A stretch of 61,305 nt of DNA, the filler included, from Platydemus manokwari (taxonomy: Eukaryota), in assembly GCA_037951405.1 (NCBI GenBank). It is 5 parts of 5 records of this genome, joined end to end, with 100 filler letters (N's around TTAATTAATTAA, not from the genome) between each part and the next. Parts side by side here need not be neighbours in the genome. Positions count along the whole stretch, not along the records: positions 11,615 to 27,286 come from JBBMOY011259207.1; 4 more parts are not named here. One strand, written 5' to 3'. This document shows positions 13,043 to 26,130 of this stretch, in pieces (positions within the stretch are counted from its first letter, which is position 1; each line of letters opens with the position of its first letter). A program made the position numbers and the translations under genes. The notes beneath the pieces were generated by a model. That model had not been told where the DNA came from. It did not search any database and saw nothing but the letters and a program-made list of their open reading frames with translations.

Positions 13043-14491
13043 ATGGCGGATGTATATGTCAGTTGTAATTATTGTTTGAGCAAATATCTGACAGAAAGTG
13101 AAGTATTTGTTACAGATTGCAATCACCGATTTTGTTTGTAAGTATTATCCGTTTGAATTATTTACTATTACAAATTATTAGAGAGTGCTTGAAACTCTAT
13201 TTAGAAAATAATTTGGATTGTCAAATAAAATGTCTAGTAGAATCCTGTCCACAAATATTGTCAGATACGATTATTAGAAAAGCAAGATTTTAAAAAGCAA
13301 TTAACTGATGTAATAAAAAAATATTAGATATTAAGTGACAGTGTAATTGCAAAATACAATCAATTATGGCTGAAAAAAGGGAAAAATGTGCATATTTGCC
13401 TTTTAGCGAATTGTAACAATCATGTGACATACAAAGCTAACAATATGCAATATGAATGTTCCAATTGCACTTTATTTAATTGCATTAAATGTGGAACTGC
13501 GCACAGAAATCTAACCTGTGATGAATATCAATTGGATACTGCAACTTATGATGAAACTATTTGTCAAGTGGGATTATATTATTGATTTCCAGGATAAAAA
13601 TGAATTCAATTTATAATCAAGCTGAGAATAATTTCAATTTTCATTTTATTTTTAAAATTTTAATGATGTTGATTTTATTTTTATTTCATTAAATATTATT
13701 TGTTTGCAACAGGCAAGAGAAAATGCTTACTAAATGCTTACATTTTATTTACATTTGATATCGGTTTGATATTATTTATTATTAGTGAATTGAATTGTTA
13801 AAAATTAATTGATTGATTTCATAAAAATATTGCTGAACGATTTCATTTACAAATATGATCATTCAAATTGTAAAGATCACGTGATATATAAAGCTTTCAA
13901 TATGCAATGTGTGTGTGTTTCGACTGTATGATGTGTGGTGAAATCTAATTGCTGATCAATAACGGTTGGTAATTGCATCTGTTGATTAATCGTTTTGTTA
14001 ATTAGATTGTCAATTGACAAACTATTATTGGATGATGGATATCAATAGGTTTGTTTTGACAGTGACATTATTAATTTTATGAATTACAATAATATTATTT
14101 CATATTTAATAATAACATTAATTTTAGCATATCGATAAATGTAAATCATAAATTTAAAATTTTTTAAATTGTTTTATTTTGATGAATGTTTTCATTTTTT
14201 GATCGGTTTAGGACGATTTGACTCAATTAATATTCGCTTTGAGGGAATTATTTTTGTATTAGCCCATTACATTTATTTGGTGATCAAATCATCATTTTTG
14301 CAGGTGGAATGTAGACGAGCCGATCAGATTTTGGCGGAAAAATTGGCTAAAACTAATCGAGAATCGATTTCATTAGCAGTAAAAAATCCTATCTTACCAA
14401 ACAATCAAATTTTCACATGTGATATATGCGATACAATGATCGGTAGAGGTTTGGGAGTCATGTTGAAAAATTGCTTCCACCAGTTTTGCAA
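13043..14491 (+). CDS. RBR-family (HOIL-1/RBCK1-like) zinc-finger protein, RING1-IBR-RING1..., 3' end lost in the gap
   Basis: Exons: 13043-13137 (MADVYVSCNYC..CNHRFCL), 13182-13281 (ECLKLYL..IKCLVESC), 13328-13567 (CLLANC..ECSNCTLFNCIKCGTAHRNLTCDEYQ = IBR), and 14304-14491 (FTCDICDTMIGRGLGVMLKNCFHQFC = HOIL-1-like RING1). Splice phases are compatible; intron 2 needs a GC donor. Confidence 0.75.
13860..13990 (+). pseudogene. Decayed duplicate of the IBR exon inside intron 3 of the RBR gene
   Basis: Reads SNCKDHVIYKAFNMQCVC..FDCMMCG versus ANCNNHVTYKANNMQYECSNCTLFNCIKCG in 13328-13567; carries internal deletions and a stop. Confidence 0.7.
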
Positions 14492-14657
14492 NNNNNNNNN
14501 NNNNNNNNNNNNNNNNNNNNNNNNNNNNNNNNNNNNNNNNNNNNNNNNNNNNNNNNNNNNNNNNNNNNNNNNNNNNNNNNNNNNNNNNNNNNNNNNNNNN
14601 NNNNNNNNNNNNNNNNNNNNNNNNNNNNNNNNNNNNNNNNNNNNNNNNNNNNNNNNN
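14492..14657. other. Scaffold gap (166 N, no spacer motif)
   Basis: Plain N run separating the truncated RBR exon from mid-gene CASK exons. Confidence 0.95.
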
Positions 14658-14702
14658 GTTCATTTAATAAATCGAAAAATAAAATGTCTTTAATAACTTC
14701 AG

Positions 14703-17700
14703 AAAAATGCTCGTGGCAGTGTTACCTTGAAGATTGTGCCAAGCTATCGACACAACCCGATGCAATGCGAGGTAAATGTCATTTTATTTCATAGTATCAC
14801 CTTGAATTGGTTTTTGATTGGATCTATTACAGATTTATGTGAAGGCTATGTTTGAATATAATCCCGAAGATGACGATTTGATTCCCTGCTCCCAAGCTGG
14901 AGTAAAATTTAAAATTGGAGATATTCTGCAAATAATCAGCAAAGACGATCACAACTGGTGGCAGGTAAAATCATATTTACTTTTGTTTTATCATTTACAT
15001 TGATCGTGTTATCTTTGAATATAGCAGACAAATAATTATTTTGGAACACAAGCACATAAAACATGACATGCCTATATATTTTAATCATACTATTATTGCT
15101 ATTTTCATCCAATAGAATGTCTGATAGGAATTATTATTAAATAAGTTTCCATAATATAAATTGATTTAGAATCTGAACTTGAAATTGATAAAACATGTAC
15201 CAGCAGTAGTAGTGATGTTGTCGCGTCGATTAGCGGCTTCAATTTTTGATTGATGAATGATGAACCTTTGAAATGATTTGAGGTGATTTTATTAAATTTT
15301 ATAATATGGCGACACAAATCGTCAATAAATCGTTATCGATTCGACTCTCTTCTTATTTTAACACTCACTATAATTTAAATGAGCCATCTTTATAAGTCAC
15401 ATTGAAGGATGATGGGGATTTCAGATCGATGGCAATAGCTATTTATAATCATTAAATTTATTGTTTATTTAGGCTCGCCTTTGGTCTGCGATAATCAATA
15501 ATACAGCTGGTCTTATTCCAAGTCCTGAACTCCAGGAATGGCGTTCAGCTAGTCTGGCCATTGAACGAAGCAAGCAAGAAACTGCTAACTGTGCCTGGTT
15601 TGGTAAAAAGAAAAGGCAAAGCAAAGATAAATATCGTGCCAAACATTCTGGAGTATTCGATCAGTTGGATTTGGTGACATATGAAGAAGTTGTTCGGTTG
15701 CCAGTTTTCAAAAGAAAGACGCTCGTTTTATTAGGGGCTCATGGCGTTGGTAGAAGGCATATTAAGAATTGTCTGATACAGAGCGCTCCTGATCGATTTG
15801 CTTATCCAATACCTCGTGAGTATTATTATTTACTAAAGATCAGCTCTTGAAACACCAATATTTTTATGTTACCGCGGGTTTTTATCATGTGAAATTCTAT
15901 GTGCCTTTCTAATGACCTAATGTCGAGAAACAGAGATTGGTAGATTTTCCTATTCTTCCCGGGAGACCAGATTGTCATTCTATCTACGAGTCAAGTCCTG
16001 GACCAATTTATAAAACAAATTTAACCGATATAACATGAATTCATACATATTGCTCAGAGTTATCTTATTCCGTTAGTAAAGCACACCATACTCCCCTCCT
16101 AATATTAACTCATCAAAAGAAATGTAGAGTCGGAGGATTGTCATTCTTATATTTGTCATAAAATAGAGCATTATTTTAATACATTGACCAATGATTTTAT
16201 GTTAATCTATATTGAGTTCAGTATTGATAGGCTTTACACTAATAAATTTTCATTTGTATTGGATTTTTATAATGTTTAGACACTACAAGGCCTCCTCGCA
16301 AAGATGAAGTGAACGGTAAGAACTACTTTTTCGTCAGCCACGAAGAAATGATGCGAGATATTACTAACAATGAATACTTGGAATATGGTACTCATGAAGA
16401 AGCTATGTATGGAACTAAGCTAGACACCATTCGTCACATTCATTCAGCCGGTCTCATTGCTATTCTAGATGTTGAACCACAAGCACTAAGAGTACTTAGA
16501 ACTGCTGAATTTTCTCCCTATGTTGTATTTATTGCTGCTCCCTGCCTCGCTACTATGACGGATGTACACAACCTCAATGTAAGTGTAAATGTATTATCGA
16601 TGCATCACCATATAACAATAATAATAATAATATATTAATAAATAATAATATATTAATAATACCAATGTTAATAATAATAAAAAATGGATAATAATAAAAA
16701 TTATTGTTATAATATTAATAATAATGATGGGCAGCTAAATCATTAATTGTAAGCAATTTTGGTGGGATTAATATTGCAAATACGCCATGATATCAATTTA
16801 TCAAATCCCTTAATACTATCATACTGATTTATTTTGTTTTTAACATGCGAAATCCACTAAACAAAAATTCCCAGAAATATTTCATCTGAGATTTATCGCC
16901 TGAGGAGAATTGCAGTAGTGATTTGGCCTCTTGAGCATTGTGGAGTTAAATTGTCTGCCTTGAGTAGTGGTGGTGATGGTGGTGGTGGTGTGGTTTGCAA
17001 TGCGAAACTAATAATATTATTGTGATTGGGTGTTTTTTCAATCAAAAGTCAAGTTGGTACATAAGGGTTTCATTGTTATGAGAAGATTTCTGCAGACAAA
17101 TGCGATCAAGAGCTACTGTGGAATAAACATTACGTTAGTGTCATTTTAATAGGAAATATTTGATATCCACATTTTCTTATCTCATATTTCAATGGCTCTT
17201 GAGAATTTGTGAGGAAATCCCCGATAGTTTTAATGTTTTATGATTAGTTAAAGAACAATATTGGAGAATAATATTGATTTTAATGATTTCTGGACACTAT
17301 TCTGTGGTATCGTGGTTTAATTAGAGTAAAGAGAAGGATCCAAAATTAAATTTCTCAATAAGACTAACATTGTTGATGACAAAACTGTGATCGAGTCTTC
17401 ATTGATCATTTCGATAATATAATAAAATGACGTGTGTATGTATCTTGATAAATGTTTCATGCGGCTGGACAAATTGGTTTCATTAGTTCGTACTGGAAAT
17501 AGACTTTGATTGAGCGGTGAATAATTCTTGAATGAGATCCCACTGACATTATACGGTTTTGTATTGAAGGCAATTTTCATTTCTTTTCTGGAATCTCTTA
17601 CATCTAATGCTAACTTTCATCTATTTAAAGTATTCGTAATTCATCTTCGATTTTCATGACTCCTTCATGAGTTATTACGAAAAATCAATACTTTACTCAT

Positions 17701-18754
17701 GTTGCTGAATTCAGTCCCGTTATGGTTGAAAATTTCAAGTGGAGTTTGATCCAACTAATTCCTCGTGATCGAATTATGGATTTGAGGTGTCCAGTTTTAT
17801 AAAATAATAATAATACCAGTTAGAAACCTGTCGTAATTGTATGAAATAGTAAAAGTGGATCGGTCTACTTTATCGATTAATTTATCGATTTATTATGATC
17901 TGAATTATTAATTGAATGATTTATTGAAGTGGTTTCATATGAATTTGTCATTAAAGTTGGTTTTTTATTTTTGATATTTGATAATAAAATGTTCAACATG
18001 ATTGATTTTGGTTGAGATATGAGATGATAAAAGTAATCAAAGGAATCATGATCCCGTTTAAAGTGGACCACTCGATATTCAATCGATAACTCAGATTTTT
18101 AATAATTGGTTTCTTATTTCCTGGATTTGATCACTGTTATACAATCGATCTGGATTCGAAATGACTCACATACAGTATGTGAATGACAAATAAATCGATA
18201 TTTCGAAATACTCGAACAGAATATTGATGTCCTTTATTGAATTTGTGTTTTGTTTGTTTAGGATTGATAATATTTTCCTTGATGTGAAGATAGGAAATTG
18301 AATGTTGACCAATTGATCTAGCAATGATATTTGTATTGATTTCACCAATGTTTCAATCAATAGACATTCATAATGCTTACGCTTTACATTTACAAATGAT
18401 GTAGAAAAATGTTAATTGATGTTAGAGCATCATGATTACAGTGTATCATTTGAAATCTCCAAAATTCATTTCTGTTATTGATTTATTGATTAAAAGTATC
18501 TTAATAGATTAAACATGTCGTTATGAAGCTTTATCAATTATTGCTGATTATGATTAACGATTATTATCTATGTTTAGGACGGCAGTTTGGAGCGCTTGTC
18601 TAGAGAGAGTGAAATGCTCGAAGTCCAGTATGGTCATTATTTTGATCTGAAAATAGTCAACAACGACATTGAAGACACAATCCGTCAATTAAAACGTTCT
18701 ATTGATGAAGTTCAGTCCAGTGCTCAATGGGTTCCGGTAAATTGGGTCTACTGA
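14703..18754 (+). CDS. CASK: CASK/Lin-2 MAGUK, 3' portion (PDZ end, SH3, HOOK, guanylate kinase)
   Basis: Exons 14703-14771 ([16 protein letters not shown]), 14833-14964 ([28 protein letters not shown]), 15473-15815 ([32 protein letters not shown]), 16280-16578 ([22 protein letters not shown]), 18578-18754 (..QWVPVNWVY*). The motifs closely match CASK. Confidence 0.93.
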
Positions 18755-21199
18755 TAGAACATATTTTAATCTTGGTGGTTATGTTTACGATTTTTGTGAT
18801 TACAAAAGAAAAAACTTTTCGAATTTGATCTCTATCCAGCTGCGCAATAACCTTTTCTAATATATAATATCTATTTTTTTGTTCAGGTGATCTTAGGCCT
18901 CATCGGTTATTACTGTGTATAATTTTCTCTGATTGCGTTTGTTTGGCAATGTGTAGCTATTATTATTACTTGGATTGGTTATCGCATGCTGCTGCATTTA
19001 TTGGTATTTGGTTTGAAATGATCTCTCTCAGCATGACTTCTTGAGATATTATCTTTATTTGTTAAACATTTGAACATTAAATCGCTCTAAATATTTTCTC
19101 TTTTTCTGTGAATTGATATCATTATTATAAATATATTTTATTATTATTATTTATTATTATTATTATAGACAGTGGAACTCATTGAAAGAATTCTTAATTC
19201 ACACATTCACACGTTTAGTGAAATATATTTCTAAAATACGGATTATTTAATCAGATTGAAATACTTCCAGGAGAAGTTTAAATAATGTGCGTCACTATCA
19301 GAATAAATATAAATTAAAATTTCTTCAAAATTAAGTTGAAAATCAATTTGAAAATAATTAGTTTATAATATTCCTCACTAATAACAGATATATTCAAACA
19401 AAAATTTGTTTAGAAAAACTGAACCAAATCTTAAGTTCCTGTGTGTTTGTTGACATCTTTGGGAAAACATTATATCTGACCAATTAGATGATTCATTTGT
19501 TTTGCGGTTATTTATAACTGTTGTGGTGTGATCAATGATTGTTCTTAATCACGAATTAATTACATGGATGTCAGTTATTTGTTTAATAGTCGAATTATCA
19601 CAATTTAATAGAGTCGTGTTACCAGCTTCCTCATTGTACTTGTAAATCTCCTTTTCGCAATCTATTATATATGATCCATATTTTTTTGTTTTTAAACCAA
19701 TCACCTCTTTAATAAATACATAATAAACCAACAATATAAAAAATCAAAAGTCAATTAAATTTAGAAAAATGTATTGACAAATAATAATCCATATACGCGC
19801 ACAGGTTAATCCAAACCCTTAAAATTTAAATACAATGGTCTAGCCACCTCTTCAACTGAATGAGGGTCGTTTAATGCAAAAGTTTTTTGTAGTAGTAGAC
19901 TTTAAAATATTCTAGTCAAGGACCATTCGAGTTCGATACGGTATAGCTTCATCTATTATATGCTCACTAGTTTTTCCTGATTCTAGTTCAGCGATATTTC
20001 TTTAGTTGTATCACCTGTTTCGATAATGATAAGTTATTTTCACTTATTGAGTATGATAACAATAATAGTAGTTTGCGATGTCAGTTATATGTTCAGATGG
20101 CCCTCCTTTCCATATTAAAATTTGTGCATTTTGTGGTTTAATGATTGCATTATACAGTACTTATTAGTACCATCGTGACTTGTTTATACATATGTTGTCT
20201 TGTATAAGATGTTTTGTAGTTGGTAGTGGTCAACATAACAGCGTGAGTTCTTCTGTATAATTTCAAAATTATGATATAAATCAAATAACCAATTAAATAC
20301 AATACACTTTTATTTATTTATCAACAAATTGGTTCACAAAATTAACTCCGACGATTAACTCACACAAAAAATGATTTTTTTATAAACACATCGGTTTAGT
20401 GGTCTCACCGTGATTATGAGAACTTATCATGTTTCCTTAAAGATTTTGTTATATATTTTAAAATATTAATTCCAAAGATGAATCCTTCAGAGTTTAGCGA
20501 GATTGAAATTTATTTTACTTCTTATTTAAAAATGATAAAAATTATTTTCTCTCTTTACCAGTTTCTTGGCTTTTTTCTATTTTTCAAAAGATTGTCACTT
20601 AAGAACTCTAAGCTCCAAAATTTTAAGAATGAATTGTGATGGAAATCTATCAGCTTATATAGATACTGAGATTAGGTACTTTGAACCTACGATTTTCCAT
20701 CAGTCATGTAAATTTTTAACCATTTTTATTACTTTAACCCTCAAATATTTATCATTTTAAAAGTACCTGAACTTTAAAATTTTATTAATTTAACTGACCG
20801 TATAATTTTTTTCATAAAAATTATCTACCTTACAAATTAATTATTAAATTTCTTTTTAAATCTTTTTCTAATTTCTTATTATAATTATTTGACTTATAAT
20901 GATATATATATAATGATATACATATCTCTATTGACATATTTTACAAAATAAAATTCAACTTTTCTACGAGTAAAAAATCATAAATTGTTACATCATAAAA
21001 ATGCCATAATTTAATCGAATAAAAATTGTCATCATAAGGTACGAACAAAAAATCGTCAAAAAAATATTCAATGTCACAAAATCACGGATAAATTGTGAGA
21101 AGTTGATTCTGGATTGAAGAATGAATTCAAATTCGGAGCAGTACTTATGAACTCTTATTGATCATCAGATATTCAAATCCATGGTCCAGTTTCTCATAC

Positions 21200-21475
21200 A
21201 CCAAGTTTCCCATTTTGGGTTTGGTTTTATTTGGTTTAGTTTCACTGGCGCTGTGGGTTTCTGCTTCTTAATGGGCGGCACAGTCGGCTTTTTAAATGAA
21301 GTCTCTTGATGTTATTCAGGTTGCGATGATGTTGTCGTTGGTTGATGTTGAGATGGTCTTACCTGTTTGGAATTTTGAACTCGCCATATCAACTGACAGT
21401 GAAAGGAGCTTTTTCTTCCTCATTCTTCTCACTATCTGAGTGGAGCACTAGCAGGGCTATGCTTTCCAAATACAA
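21200..21475 (-). repeat. Dispersed repeat copy B (decayed transposon ORF-like)
   Basis: Reverse-complement homolog of 6140-6390; the minus frames are coding-like (LESIALLVLHSDSE.., KPNPKWETWCMRNW) with stops. Confidence 0.7.
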
Positions 21476-24299
21476 ATTATTTTAATATGTTTCTGCTTTG
21501 CAATATGTTATTTATTTTTTAATATTTATAATATTTTTATATATTATATTTTTTATATTTATAATATTTATAATATTTTTAATATTATTTAATATTTTAC
21601 ATTTTATATTTTCTTAACTGGTTTATTTTTATTTTTTTATTATCTGTCTGCTTGTTTATATTTTGTTTTTATTGTTGTTTATATTTTGGATATTTTATTC
21701 TTCTTGTTCAAACTAATTTACAAATATTTTACTGTTGGAGGATCATGGACCCTAATAATTGAAATCATATCCCCGTCTCTATTCTGTTATAAAAGCTGTA
21801 TCTTATCCTGTTGTAATCTCAGCCAGTTGTAATTGCAAATCGATAATATTTATAAAGAACGCATTGGAAACTAACTGAAAAGTCAAGACAGAATTATATT
21901 TAACTATTTACACAAATCAATACATAAAATCGAATTATAAAATCTTTCAAATCTATTTTTTTTAAATTATCATCATCATTTTAAAATCAACGCATCTCTC
22001 TTTCTTTAAAATCATTAATTTTCTATCTATTCTTAATTATCTCAGGATTAAATTCTCTACATATTTATCAATATATACAAGTTTTTATCTTATTTATCTA
22101 TTTTATATCTTCACTTTATCTTCTCTATAACTTCTTTATATCTTTACTATATTTTCTCTATATCCTTCTCCTTGCCTTTACTTTATTGTCATAAACTTTC
22201 TCAGAATCGAATACAAATGTGTGGCTGCCACGCATTGAATCCAATTGAAAAATCGGACACAAAATTATAATTAACTGGCATTATTTATACAAATAAAATC
22301 TTTTCAATTCATTTTTTCATAATCATCACCATCATTACAAAACCCTCTCACCACTTATTGTGATACTAAAAAATGTTTCATTTTTGTTATTATTTGATAT
22401 TATTTTCTTGTATTTGGGCCTTATTGTTTTATGTTTTATTCAAATTATTACTGGTTTTTTATTGGGTTCTTCTTTTAAACACTGAATAATCTCTAATTCC
22501 AAAACTCTAAAACTAAAGACTTTATTTCCAACCTACGTACTGATTAGTGCGACTCACCAAAATGCACAGATACTAATACTCCTACTGCACAAAAACATGA
22601 CCAAAATCTGGCTTCAACTGATAATTGGCCATCTTTACATTGATATTTATACTCGAGATTTGTGTGTAAATTTTTGTGTCATGTTCGTACCACATTTTGA
22701 TTCGATCTTTATTTTCCATGTTCCTATTAGGCTTACTAGTTTTAGCATGAGTGGGATTGGTCAATCCCTATATGTGTGTTGTTGTGTGATCCTTTTTTCA
22801 ATTGTCGTTTACCATCTAGCTTTATTGTGATTGGCTAATTGCTGTGCCTGTAGGGATGCAAATGTTTAAAGTGCTAAAACAAGGGTTCCAAAGTGCTTAT
22901 TCGTTTTATCTTTGCAGAATTTCATGTCACTCAACATTTTCAATTACAAATCAGTCTTGAGTTCGAGTTTAAGGCCACAAGTTCAGTTAAACATTATTAT
23001 TCTTATAGCTATCTCCGTCTCTTTCCGAACTAGTTTATGAGGATAATGACTGTTGCTACAGTGTAAGTGTATTTATCAATATCTGTCTGCTATTATTATT
23101 CAAAGGAAATATGTATGACACCAGAATTTATAATTTTACAAAAAATATTGAATCTAGAATTTTTAAATATAAATTACTAGTACCTCTTTGAAATGTTATC
23201 TTTACTATAATTATTTAAAAAATAATGGAAAACACAAGTCAGAACATTAAAACATATTAAATTATGACACCAGATACAATAACTTCTCATGCAATACAAT
23301 CGAAATAATCGATAACAATCAGACAATTAAACATCTTTTTCAAATGATCAGTTTGACCTTAACAATTCCAGGAGGACTGAATGTACAATGCCCCTTTCGT
23401 GATATTGGAACTGCTTGAAATTCAAGATAGGATAAATAGGAAATATTATTGAGTTCGAAATTCGATTGAAAACAATTAATCGCGTTGAAGGACATCCAGT
23501 AATACATTAATGTCGCTGATATTCTCGAATTCCAACTGTTGCACCAACATTAAACCGAAATTGTAGGCCACTGCAAATGTCTTTATGATCGTATATATGA
23601 ATGAACCGATGACACATTATTGGAAAGAATTTCACTTGACATTAAATCTGTTTCGCAGAGAATAATATTTTTCTTTATTAAATAAGTTATTAATTTGTGA
23701 GTTATTGACGAAGCTATAAGACAGAATAAAGGTTGCAACAAGGATTCGCAATAACCCATTGCACCTCTGATGACTATAATATGGATGTATTAAGAGTCGC
23801 TAATAATTAAGATAACACATTTGTTGATAAATATTTATTTAGGAAAACGGAAAACAAGACAACACAAAAAAAACGAAAACAAGTTGGTCAAATTATGCAG
23901 TACATTGCGTAAGCAGATATCTACATGATACCCAAAATACTGGAACCGGAAGGAGATTAGGAGAAGCGACGACACCAAATTAGGAACAATTAATTTAATT
24001 TAATTAATTATTACTTATGCAGTAAGTGAATAATAAATAAAACCTGTACTCACGAATAATATTGGCTATGTCGAATAATATAATAACGGCACTCGGAGAA
24101 TTCGAATATCGGTACGTTTCAACTGCGTGCAATAAAAGTATGTGGTGAATGCTTAACTTATCGTGTTTCTTATATAGTATTTTCGATAGTGCCATTTATA
24201 TGTCAATAAACTATAAATGTCAAATTGTCAAGTAAAAATAAAGGGAATGCAAATATCGATAAATAGAATGTAAGTGTTTTATTGCTACGCTAGACTTGG

Positions 24300-24890
24300 G
24301 AATATTAATTGATCGGGATTGAAGTCGGAAATTGTTGAATGCTCGAGATTGTTTGATTATTAAGGTTGGGTTTGAAGGCTGATTGTGAGGATACAAAGTG
24401 TATTGATGATTATTATTGATTGATCAAAGTTAAGATTGGATTTGGGAGAATTTTGCTGAATTTAATTAAATGAATGTTGTCAATTGAATGAGTGTTGTCG
24501 AATTTCAGGATTGTGGAATGTAGGGATTTTGTGGTGATTCGTTTAGTGCGATTTTAACTGAGAATTGGTTGTATTTGTTTGTGGAAGATACGGTTTTATT
24601 GTAAGAGTATCAGATGTTTGATATAATGGATTTGAAGGGATTTTGATGAGTGGGATTTGATTAGTAGAATTTCGATTTGACGATTTGATAGATGAAGACA
24701 CTGTTCGATTGTAAGAGTATTGGTGAAGGGATTTGTATTTGTAGGGATTTGTGATTCGAAATAGCATTGATATCGATTTGATGGTTTGCAAGGGTAGGAG
24801 TTTTGGTAGAGTAAATAGAATAGGTAGAGTAGGAGTGTATGTTAGGTTGGATGTAGGGTTTGTGGACTTTATCCTCAACACCTGACTAAA
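24300..24890 (-). mobile_element. Low-complexity N/P/S/T-rich decayed ORF, probably retroelement gag-like
   Basis: Strong G/T strand skew with recurring TG(T/A)AGGGATTT words. No diagnostic motif was found, so the assignment is inferred. Confidence 0.3.
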
Positions 24891-25135
24891 TTAACTTACT
24901 GCATTTAAATTTGTTGCAGTATTTTGGATATAACTATAAAAAATTTCGTTTTTCTACGTTGATGAAGTCTTATCAAAATCTAAAAAATACAATTTTAAAC
25001 ATTTATTTGTGAAAATCGTATGTGCAATTATCCTAAAAATCCTTGCAAAGCATAACAGAGCACTCTGGAGGCGATATTTTTATGTGATAAATTATTAGGA
25101 ATATATTTTATTTCTAGTAAAAAGATAACTCGTTT

Positions 25136-26130
25136 GGGCTTAAGTAAAAAAAGGGTCCTAAAATAAAATTTTAAAATTGTGGACTGTATTGCAAAAATCT
25201 ATATAGTTTATTTAATTAAATTCTTTAATAACATTTTGAATTTTTCATTAAGGTACTTGAGTAAAATTTTAGTTATTTAGAATCAAATGATACATGAATA
25301 GGATTTTTAAAATATCCTAAAAAATAATTATTTGAAAAGCGGGTCAAAGTAGGTCAAAATGCAATTAATTGAAAATTAGCGGGGACTCCTTCTTTTAACA
25401 TTAGAAACAATTGGAATGATATCTAAGATTTTTAGAGTTATTTTATAAAAAAGTGACTTCGAAATTATTGGGAAGTGCCAGAAACAAGGTACTTGTGTTT
25501 TCTCTCAAAATAAGTATATTAATATCTATTTAATAGATTGGATACATAGATCCCGAAACTGTCGATGCTGTAATGAAATGAAGATTTGATCCAAATCAAA
25601 TAAATCGTACAGGTGAAGATGCAACACATATATAAATTTCAAAATTCAAATAGGGACTTGGCTCAACAATTCAGCCTTGTCTTTTTTCGACATTCTGAAT
25701 AAAGTATTTTTGATGCACATGGCTTACACAAAAAAATTATATTTACAAAATGATATCCATTAGTAAACTAACAATCAACAAATATTGACAATTTTTATTA
25801 AAATAAAACCAACAATTTAAAATTTTTTATTGAGATACAATAAAATTTGTAGATTCCTCGCCAATGAAGAAATATCTTGGCATAGAAATATAATTCCAGG
25901 CCTAAATATCGTCATAAAAATTGACGAGAAATGTTTTGAAAGTGCCAGATATGGTAGCAGGCACCGAAGACATGGTTTTTGATTGTTAGAGTTTTGGTTT
26001 TTAATCTAAAATTGAATTTTATGTAAAATTTTCATTAAAATATGATTAAAAATAAATTTAATATCAAATAACTCACGAAAAATCATTACTTTAAAGTTGG
26101 GTCAAAGGACCCTTTTTTATACTTAAGCCC
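25136..26130 (+). mobile_element. Merlin (IS1016/IS1595-related) DNA transposon, internally deleted
   Basis: Terminal inverted repeats GGGCTTAAGTAAAAAAAGGGTCCT / AGGACCCTTTTTTATACTTAAGCCC. Decayed transposase reads CRCCNEMK..RCNTYINFKIQIGTWLNNSALSFFDIL..PGLNIVIKIDEKCFESARYG, matching Merlin SIRxGTWF and GxxxxVEIDESKFxxRKY motifs. No TSD seen. Confidence 0.8.

Noticed and set aside
14169-14794. ORFs running through the N gap that suggest a RING-CASK fusion
   Set aside because: They are open only because of Ns; there is no sequence evidence for a fusion.
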